In this document: positions 48,910 to 59,267 of the stretch, in pieces
Layout: each line of letters opens with the position of its first letter
How positions within the stretch are numbered: the stretch's first letter is position 1
Assembly (NCBI RefSeq): GCF_001194135.2
Contig: NC_068982.1
Location: 57,780,514-57,844,513, forward strand
Source of the DNA: Octopus bimaculoides
Taxonomy: Eukaryota
Length of the DNA stretch: 64,000 nucleotides
Direction of reading: 5' to 3'
Position numbers and translations under genes: made by a program
The notes under the pieces: model-generated
What the model was told of the DNA's origin: nothing
Database searches by the model: none
The model's input: the letters and a program-made list of their open reading frames with translations, nothing else

Positions 48910-49609
48910 TGTAATGATACGGTGTTCGTGTGTTTACTTCCCTGTAACTTAGTAGTTCAGCAAAAGAAACTGATAGTACCAGGTTTAAAAATTAGTACTG
49001 GGATCGATTCATTTGACTAAAAAATTTAAGGTGGTGCTCCAGCATGACCACANNNNNNNNNNNNNNNNNNNNNNNNNNNNNNNNNNNNNNNNNNNNNNNN
49101 NNNNNNNNNNNNNNNNNNNNNNNNNNNNNNNNNNNNNNNNNNNNNNNNNNNNNNNNNNNNNNNNNNNNNNNNNNNNNNNNNNNNNNNNNNNNNNNNNNNN
49201 NNNNNNNNNNNNNNNNNNNNNNNNNNNNNNNNNNNNNNNNNNNNNNNNNNNNNNNNNNNNNNNNNNNNNNNNNNNNNNNNNNNNNNNNNNNNNNNNNNNN
49301 NNNNNNNNNNNNNNNNNNNTATATATATATATATGTATGTATGTATATATATACAAATATATAAGAAAAAGAAAGTAGTCAAGATTTGAATAGAAATTAT
49401 GCATTTAGTGCCTTCGTTCCTTTCAGGAATTCATCACAAATGATATCTAATAGAAAATTCATACCTTTTAGATATGTGCAAGTTAGTTGAAAAAAAAAAT
49501 ATCTGGAGTTGAATATTTGATTTGTTGGGTTTTGGAAAGAAAGTGTTTTGGGAGTGGTTATTTAAAATGTTCATTTCAAATAACACCTCAAATAACCACC
49601 CCAAAGAAT

Positions 49610-50616
49610 CCTTATATCATGTACCTTCAGAAAAAACATCTTATCCCCCAATTACATATATGCTGACATGGTTACTACATTAGGGGACGATGCTCCAGCT
49701 TTATCAACAGTGCAAAAGCTGAATTCAGAGTGGAAGGGAAAGTCTTGATGGTCATTCAAGATCTGGATGTGCTGCAACTGCCATCACCAAGGAGAACATT
49801 GATTGCATTCACTACATGGTGATGAATGACAGATATTAACATATCCCGTGAGAGAGTTGAGAACATTCTGCACAATGAACTTGGCATGACAAAGGTTTCT
49901 GCCCAGTGGGTGCCATATCTTCTGACACTTGATCAAAAGTGCACCAGGCTGATCACATAACGAAAAAAATCTGACATGTTTCAGGCAGATCCAGCTAGTT
50001 TCCTAACTGAGGATAAGTGTTGTGTTCATCACTTTGAGTCAGAGACAAAGAGACGATCCATGAAATAGAAACACCCTCACCTGTTCCAAGGAAGGCCAAG
50101 ATCATTTCATTCATAAGTGATGGCCTCAGTTTTTGGGGATGCAAAAAGCATTATTTTATCTTTAAAAGGGCCACACCATCAATGGCGAGTACTATGCCAA
50201 CTTACTGAGGCAGTTACAAAAGGCTCTCAAGACCAATTGTCCAGGAACATTGTCAAAGGGTTCTTGTTTCATCAGGACAATACTGTAACACCCAAGTCCT
50301 TGGTTTCAAAGGTTGCTGTGCATGACTGTGGCTTTGAACTCGTTGATCATCTTCCTTATTTTCCTGATTTGACCTCATCTGACAGTTATCTGTTCCTCAA
50401 CATAAAAAAAAAAACATTTGGCTGGGAACCAGTATTGCAGTGATGATGTTGTCATATCTGCTGTTGACAACTTTTTTGCCAGTGAGATCCAAGAACCACA
50501 ACAATAGAAGAGGAATGTGGACTAAAAAGGGGACTATGTTGACAAATAAACTGCATTTGATTATATTTCATACGAGTAACTTGGTCAGCCTATGAAATTT
50601 TCAGCTGACCCTCATA
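49610..50616 (+). mobile_element. Mariner relic of a second subfamily; left end missing
   Basis: Remnants ADMVTTLGDDAPALSTVQK, KAKIIS...MASVFGDAK, FLFHQDN, DHLPYFPDLTSSDSYLF. Right TIR ...tatgaaattttcagctgaccctca-TA. Confidence 0.85.
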
Positions 50617-50667
50617 AACCCAAATCTTCTAATTATCTCTTATTTACTTTATTCTAGATCATTATAT

Positions 50668-51136
50668 GGAGACATTATACCTGTAGTATTTCTGAACAGC
50701 AAGGGCATCATCTCTGGCCAAACGGTCAACAAAGAGTACTTTGTGAAGATTTTGAGGGAGTTCAGGAAGAGATTTCTTTGCAAAAAAACCCAAAGCACCT
50801 GCATTAGGACAATGCACCAGTCTGCAATTCCTTCCTGGCAACCAACTACTTGGCAGAGATGGGCGTCAAAACTGTCCCTCACTCTCCTTACAGTCCAGAC
50901 CTTGTTTTGGTTATTCCCCAAGCTGAAGGAGAATATGAAGAAGGCTGTGACAAATGTCCTGGACACCTTCACATTGGAGGAATTTCATGGGCCATTTCCA
51001 AAGTGGCTGATGTGCTACAACAAGTGCATTGAAGTCAGAGAATCCTACTTTGACGGAGATTAGAGTTTTGTATTTATCTGAAATAAATAAATGTCTTTTG
51101 AGAAAAAGTCTCAAAACTTCTGGAAAGTATCTTGTA
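50668..51136 (+). mobile_element. Mariner 3' fragment of a third subfamily
   Basis: GQTVNKEYFVKILREF...LH*DNAP...VKTVPHSPYSPDL...WLMCYNKCIEVRESYFDGD. Right end ...tggaaagtatcttg-TA. Confidence 0.82.
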
Positions 51137-54100
51137 CAATCTTTTATGTAAAGAAGCTAAAGATTTTATCACTGACTACTCATCACTAGTTATTCCCACT
51201 CTAAATTTGTGTCTTTAAAAAACTTACTATCTTGCCAACATTCAATCCATACCTAACTCCCACATGTAGTCTCTATTTTGGTATCTCTCAATTTCTCAAT
51301 TACTCACCTAATTTCATATCTGTCTAAAGAGAATAGATATTCACATAAAAGCTACAGCCTTAAACATTAGCTAATTATTCAGGTTAGTTACCAATTTTAT
51401 GCTGACTATGCTTAACAGCAAATTTACTTCCACCAATATCCATCTGATATATCTAAGTAAATTACAGAGTCAATCCTTTTTAAGTGTACATCATAACATC
51501 CTACACTATAGCAAAGTACATCATAACATCCTACAATACTACTAAGAAGTAGAGTAACTGCTAAAGAGATGAGAAAATAAAATCACCATTGTACTTATAT
51601 AGAAAAAACAGAGAGCAGATTATGACATTGTTTATAGCCCAAACTGTTTTCATACTTTGTCCTCAAGGACTACTTCCACAGTAAAAGACCTACTCACATC
51701 TGAGTGTCCTCAAACATCTTAAGTAGGACTTCACACAAATGTGCTTTATTCAATGCTGCTTCGTGCAACTTTAACCAATTAATCCTAGCTCGGTACAGCC
51801 TAATGCACATCAGCAAATGCACAGATTGATGTTTCAATATAACAATCATTCATTCTTTTTCAGATGTAAAACAGAGTCCTCTGATCAAATGACATCATTC
51901 ACAGTCCAATGTGTTTTCACCCATTTTGTCTGGGAGGAGAAACTTTTCCCAAGATTATTTCTGTAGCGAAAGGTCTTTGCATGTCCAAGTACACTTAAAC
52001 ATGTTAGATTAGACTTTACATAAATATGTGTGTGTGTGTATGTGCTTATGTTTGTATTTCATTTTGTTGTGTTTTTACTTGTTTCAGACATTAGATCGCA
52101 GCCATGCTGGGGCACCACTTTCTGGTATTTTAATCTTAGCAACACCCACCACAGTGCTTATCTTAATTTGTTACTTATGTTGGCAATATATATATTCAGG
52201 AAATTATTTTTTAACACAAAACAGATTTATTCTAATATGCGTAAAAATATATACAAACACATGTGTGTATATATATATATATATGAAAAGTGGCTAGGAG
52301 TCCATACAAATCAAAAATTATAGCTAAACAAAGTAAATAAAGTTGGAAAAGGCACAGAAGTATATAGCAAGCACACAGTTTACACATGCAAAATTCCAAC
52401 CAGGATAATTCTAGTCACCCTGGGGCGACAATAGCATAGGTTTGCTCAAGGTGTTGCTTAGTAGAATCAAACTGAGAACCACATGTTTGTCAAAGTTTTA
52501 CGCAAGGGGTGCTATGATTGAAATGTTCCACAATAGTTTCATAACACTGAAAAATTCTATTCTTTTACCTTACAGAAATAGTAATCACATTGGACAATGT
52601 AGTCCAAGGTACACACTTACCCAGATCTTTCTGGGTAAGTGTGTACCTTGGGCTATGATTAGAATTATATCTGCTGAATTAAACGATATGTATTTTTGAA
52701 TGAATATTTGAGAACCCTCTGAATAGGAGAGCAGTAAAAATAAAGCACATAAAAAAAGGAAGGCTATTTTTATCAGAATCAATATAAACAAACTTATTGG
52801 CGACAAAAAAACAACTTTTTTCTCTTTTTTCGAAAATCTAAGGGAAGTAACTCAAAATACAAATGTAGCAGTTATTTCCCTTTGATAGTATACTTTAACA
52901 GAAGGATTTTTCCAAATAAATGAAATCGACAGATTGATACTGAACACAGCATGGCTTCGCAATCGTCTGGTCCGGGTTCTATCACAGAGCGTGGAATCTT
53001 AGATGAGAGATTTTATTATTTTTTTTTCACCAAATAACCACGGATTGAACCATGCCTACTGAGATAAAAGGAATTTTGTGGAAGTATGTAGATGGATTGT
53101 AGTTATAATTTAATCATGAAATTTCTTTCACACTTGGATCGAGCTGAATTCATTCAAGAATTATGTTAAGGGTACTTGTACCCGAGAAATGTTAACTCAT
53201 TTACACACAAATTCAATGACCAGGTAGTTCAGTGGTCGGACAACTGAAAGCTCTTCAGTGAAAGTGACGGATACCCATTGTTATTGTTAGGTACCCTAAG
53301 GGAGGCAAGCTGGAAGAATCATTATCACTCTGGGCAAAATGCTTAGCGGCATTTCGTCCATTTTTACGTTCTGAGTTCAAATTCCGCAGAGGTCGACTTT
53401 GCCTTTCATTCTTTTGGGGTTGGTAAATTAAGTACCAGTGAAACACTAGGGTCGATGTAATCGACTAGTACACTCCCACAAAATTTCAGGCCTTGTGCCT
53501 ATAGTAGAAAGGATTATTAGCCACCCTAGAATATTTCTCAAAAGAAGAGTATGTGATTTGTGATATATGTTATCCAAAAGGAGCACTAAATCTAATAAAT
53601 TAGCAGCATTCAACAGAATCGTGTTTGATTACCCACAGAACAAAGTACCATTGTATTGCAAATAACATTCCTAGATCTGATATCTTGGGAGGGTTATTAT
53701 GCCAATGATAAACACACGTACTGGTTTTATTTCACTTCTTTTATTATTATTATTATTATTTGATGAGAGAGTGAGCTAATGTGTGGCATGAACATTTGAT
53801 CACTGTAAACAAATCATTTGTGCAGCTCATTTGGCAAAAGTGGAACATTCATATGTTGTCTTCAATGAGATAGTTCATCATGATTATTATTATCATTATT
53901 AAAGCAGCAAGATGGCGGAATTGTTACTGCACTGGGCAAAAGGCATAGCAACATTTTGTCTATCTTTACATTCTGAGTTCAAATACTGCTGCGGTCAACT
54001 TAACCCTTTGTCTTTTTAGTGGTTGATAAAATAAGTACCAGTTGAATACTGGGGTTGATGTAATTGACTTACCCACACTCTCGAAATTTCTGGCCTTGTG

Positions 54101-54205
54101 CCAAAATCTGAAATCATTATCATTATTATTTAGTCAATTCTTTAACATTTAAACAATTAACTAATCAATTATCTGACTATCAACTGTTCAGTCAATCAAT
54201 CTACT

Positions 54206-54430
54206 TTAACCCTTTAGCATTTAAATGGGCTATATCTGGCCCAAAATGTTCCGACTGTTTTATGTTCAAACTGGCCAGATCTGGCCTCTTACACCTACCT
54301 GACAATGTCATTCAAAACGTAAACAATCACATCATCAAAATCTGAAAGCTACAAGATATTACATGATTAATTCAAAACAATGTGAATGAATGAGGATTTC
54401 ATTTGACAGAATAGTTTGAATGCTTAGGGA
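54206..54430. mobile_element. piggyBac-like MITE (same family as 13246-13455)
   Basis: TTAA-ccctttagcatttaaa ... gaatgcttaggg. Confidence 0.75.
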
Positions 54431-54949
54431 CTAACAAAGCTAGGTGAGCTAAAACATACAGAATTAAGAGTGCATCTATATCTTTTTATAGCTTAGTCAA
54501 TGAGTTAAAGGCAGTGTTATGACATCTGCCCTCTTTTTTATTATATTTATTTATTTTTGCAGGGCTTTGAGACTGATGGGGAAAAGGAAGATACTATACT
54601 CAAAGACAGACCAGGCCCAAATTCTTGCAATGGAGTGAACCCTGGTAAAGGTGCTCAAGAACTCAGAACACTGAGAGATTGAAACTCATATAACAAACAG
54701 CAGCGCACACTTAGAGAGTGGGGAGATGGTAGGTGAGGAGGGGGTGGGGGCAATACTTGTGGGTCTGTTGTATAAGCCTGTATAGAGGCTTGGGTGGGTG
54801 GGGGGAGAGTAGCAATTTCAAGGGTGGCACACACATTGGAAACACTAATGACCATAAAGCATCCTATTTAAGGCAGCCCTAATAATTCTGCCAGTTTGGT
54901 GCCTAACAAATACATATTGCCTGAAGTTGATATGAATTCACTACCAATA

Positions 54950-55570
54950 AATTGGCATTCTAATATTTTCGATCCATTCACAATCACTACAAATATTTAA
55001 AAAACATAGAGACCCTTTGTACTTGCTAAACTGGAACATGACACAACAAAAGAACTCAAGACTGCAGTAAACACCGGATCTCACCATTGTTGAAGATATC
55101 TCTTGATGAACACACATGGCAAAGACTGGTCTACCTATTCAGTACCAGAAAATACATCAGCACCCAAAAACTACCAACCCTCTACAAAGCTCAAATGAGA
55201 TTCACAATGGGGTAATACACCCATGTCTGGGACAGCACTGTGGTTACACATGCAGGCATCTTAGACCTGCATTTCAAGGAAGACCAACAGACTGACTGGC
55301 ATGAAGTCATTCACCAGATACCAACACCTGGTCCACAAACACGTTCTCATCATTCTTTCTTTCTCTGCTTTTTCTACCATTGTAGTAGTGGCCTCTACGT
55401 CCTTAAAACCAGTCTGTCTTATGCCACCTGCTTTCAAGAATTCCCAGCTCCCTTGTATTTTCCTTTACAACTTATATTACATTGACTCTCCTAAGTCCTA
55501 CATTATCAACTATGACCAGTCTTTCCTTATCAGAATATGGTCTCTCAAGAAATCCCTCTCTGCATGTGTT
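54950..55570 (+). mobile_element. Degenerate CR1/Jockey-group LINE RT C-terminal fragment
   Basis: LYKAQMRFTMG*YTHVWD resembles the LYKAQ.RP..EY...IW motif; downstream FFYHC.SG. Confidence 0.55.
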
Positions 55571-56544
55571 TATATCAATCTCAATCTCACCAGTGGTGGA
55601 GAGACTGCAAAAGCCATGAACACAGTCCTTTCCTCCAGACCAAACTCAAAAAAAGAAACAGGAAACGTTTCTTAGGTCATCCCTGAAGGAACAAAACTAT
55701 GATCAAAGACATTCCCACATTGACCATCTCTTCTTTATTTTTCAGGCAAAATGTATCTCAGACTGTATTATCTACTGATCCACTTCCATTTTTTAAAGAC
55801 AACAGGATGTGATATGAAGGAAATTTGGCTACTTTTTCTAGCAGGTTGATGAATCCCATAGCTGCCCTCTAGTGAGATGAAAACGTAGGAGGAAATACAA
55901 GGCATTGGGCTGGATAGACAAAAGAGAGATGACAATGTTTGGTATTAATATGCATGGTATGAATTATCAAACAAGCTAAAAGACAAGGATGATATGAAGG
56001 GCCCTAAATATGAAATAGTAGTAACATATGGATATGTAATAAGACAACGCAGATTTAACAGACATACAACCAAATACATTCTAGTTGTTACTAACTCATC
56101 ATTTGTTTTCAAACACGGTGCATCTAATATGTCCTACTTTTCCATTTTGTAAAGAAATTAGTTTGAGTGATTTGAGGGAGATTTGGCTGCTCTATGCAAG
56201 TATCTCTTCTTCTATAGCCCCAGATTAACCAAAGCCTTGTAAGTAGATTTAGTAGACAGAAACTGGAAGAAGCCCATCATATACATATATGTATTTATGT
56301 ACCCATGTCTTCACATTACATGATGGATGCAAATGATCATCACTGTCATACAAGTAATGTTCCCAGTCGTCTGTGAAAACCTTATCTGGCCAGAGGGAAA
56401 TATTAGCTTGCTCGGAAACAAGTGAGGGTTGGCAACAGAAACAGCATCCATTCATAGAAAATCTGCCTTGACAAAGTCCATCTGACCCATACCAGCATGG
56501 AAAAGTAGGCATTAATTGATCAAAATCAAGTAGTTCATTGCAAC

Positions 56545-56900
56545 TGTCAAATTAGTGCTGTTATATGGCAGTGAAACATAGACACTGACACAGATATTAT
56601 CAAATGGGTTAAATGGATGCTACACAAGGGATGCTACGAATGGCCCTAAATGTGAAATGGCAACATATGGCAAAATGAATGCCTTTAGGGAAACCTGCCG
56701 AAAGTTAGTGAGAAGATCAGGTACAGACAGCTGTGAGCATCTGGTTACTGTGTGTGTCACTCTGTACAGGAAGCATTCAAATTAATCTTGTTGAATCCAT
56801 TTTGTGGTGAAGTAAGAAGAGGAAAATGTTGTCACACATTGACAACTTGCTGGCAGACACTGGCCTAGAATGTTTCCAGGACCTCGAGGCAGTGATGATG
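56545..56900 (+). mobile_element. Degenerate RTE-like LINE fragment
   Basis: VLLYGSET*TLT...NGCYTRMLRMALNVKWQH. Confidence 0.6.
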
Positions 56901-58122
56901 GACCAAAAAGTTGTTATTGTAGCCCAAGTTGGAACCTGGTCATAATGATAAATAAATGGTGATCTAGCAGGCCAATCAGCTGTGTAGATGCATCTCTTGT
57001 TGTTTCATTTCCAGTCTTTTGAACAGTAGAGCAACAGTTTGTACTTGCACCAGCACTAATGTAGCAACTACAAAGGAATGAAGATTGAAAACCAAATGGA
57101 GTGTAGAAACATTACAATTTAAAACGCTAGTTTTTTTTCTGACTAGTTAGAAACTGACAACTAACATGCCTCAACTTCTCAAATGGTAGTACCAACTCTG
57201 TTTTACCATTTTCACGAAGAACTTTGATTCTTTCAAACTTGTTAGCTGTACTCAATATCTACTTGAAGCTGCAACATCACAACTTATCACCGTAGACATA
57301 ACAATTATTTGCCAAAATTCATTACCAAATAACGTATAAGCTCAATCATGCTGATAATTGCCACAACTATGGAATTCTTATACCTTTAATATATTCTTAG
57401 AGTAAATTCCAACTTTCCAAGATTTGTAATAACTACACACATCTCACTTGTACCTCCTAATCTTCTAATGTGAGAGGAATATGTATCATATAAAGATAGT
57501 AAACATTATAAGCACCAATTTGAGACAGAAAAGTGCATCAGACTCACTGTTGGGTGACCGCATTACCAATTATAATGCAGAGTACCTGCTATTCAGTCTT
57601 CTCAAATTACTATAAAAGGTACTATAAATATTACAGTTCCATGTGTTTTACACATAATGATGAAAGGGAAAAGAGAAACACTAATATTTTTGTTTGAAAT
57701 TCTTGATTTCTTCAAAGGGTTTCTTTATCAGTGACATGCCATGAGTGTTATAATAACTGTAAGCTGAATATTTATAATTATGTAAATTTGTATATTATGT
57801 TATGAAATATATCTTGTAGTTATAAATGAGAGAATGCCATGTGTGTAAATGGAGCAGAAAATGACTGCTAGATAGGTAAAATGGCTGGCTGTATGTGCGA
57901 GCGCATACACACACACATACACACACATATATATATAGTAGGTGCAGGCATGGGGGTGTGGTTAAGAAACTTGTTTTCCTACCATGTGGCTTTGGGGTTC
58001 AGTCCCTTTGCATGGTACCTTGGGCAAGTATCTTCTACTATAGCCTTTGAGTGACAAAAATCTTTGTGTGTATTTGGTACACAGAAACTAAAAGAAGCCC
58101 ACTGTATATGTGTGTGTGTCTG

Positions 58123-58167
<45 letters not shown>

Positions 58168-58849
58168 GACCTCAGGATGCTGATGACAAAGGACTAGGAT
58201 GCCTGGTGCCTTGCTGTACTCAAGAAGACTTATGCTCCACACCAGAAGCATTAAGTCCAATCTCCTTGGTGAAGGATCCTGTGCTGGTGCCACATAAAAA
58301 GCACTTGTGGTGGTGCTATGCAAAAGTGCTTGTGTGGTGTCATGTAAAAGTGCTGGTGAGATGCTACGTAAAAGCACTTGTGTAGTACCATGTAAAATCG
58401 CCTGTGTGAGGCCATGCAAAAGCATCCAGCACACTTTGTATAATGGTTGGCTTTAGGAAGGGTATCCAGTTGTAGAAACCATACCAAATCAGACAGAAGC
58501 CTGGTGGACCGTCCCCCAACCAGCTTGCCAGCTCTGGTCAAACTGTCCAACCCATGCCAGCATGGACAATGGATGTTAAATGATGATGATGTACACACAT
58601 GCATGTATATGTGAATGTGTTTATGTTTGTGTTTCTTTGTCTTTGTGCAGCATGACTGTTGGAAATGATTGTCACTCATACAAGCAGTATCATTCAAGGG
58701 GAAATATTATCCTGCTTCTTCTAAGTAAGGATTTGTGAGATGAAAGGCATCCAGCTATAGAAAATCTCCCACAATACTTTCCATCAAATTCATGCAAGCA
58801 TGGAAAAATGGATGTTAAAAGAATGATGATAACAATTACAAATGTATAT

Positions 58850-59037
58850 ATAAATAATATTTTGATAAACAAACACCAAAGGTTTTGCATGTTACGGAGA
58901 GAAAGCTACTATGGAAAGCTCATAGTATAATAACTATTATAACTGTATAATATATATCATACTATGAGTCTTCCATAGTAGCTTTCTCTCCATAATTTGC
59001 AAAACCTTTTGGGTTTGTTTATAAAGATATTATTTAT
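58850..59037. repeat. AT-rich foldback repeat with arms of about 80 bp; a partial copy lies at 59465-59590
   Basis: ggagagaaagctactatggaaagctcatagtat versus atactatgagtcttccatagtagctttctctcc. Confidence 0.8.
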
Positions 59038-59047
59038 GTAGTATTAA

Positions 59048-59267
59048 CCCTTTCGTTACTGTATTTATTTTGAGATGCTCTGTGTTTCTTTCAATTATTT
59101 TAAATGTAACAAAGAATTTAGTAAAATAACTTCGTTATCATTCAGCTAGTGTTAGGAACATAAATTGTGACTAAGGTTTGGTGGAAGATTTTAATTAAAA
59201 ACTTATGAAAACAAGACATTTGTACTCAGAGCCAGAGTCAGTTTCAGCTGACTTGGTAATGAAAGGG
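59048..59267. mobile_element. 220-bp piggyBac-like MITE with intact TTAA TSD
   Basis: TTAA-ccctttcgttac ... gtaatgaaaggg-TTAA; the empty site gtagtaTTAAgacagttt is visible at 59571-59588. Confidence 0.88.

Noticed and set aside
51486-51535. 20-bp direct repeat gtacatcataacatcctaca with period 30
   Set aside because: Ordinary small tandem duplication.
57575-57620. Minus-strand 24-nt candidate exon NLRRLNSR
   Set aside because: Weak donor (gtactc) and no independent support.
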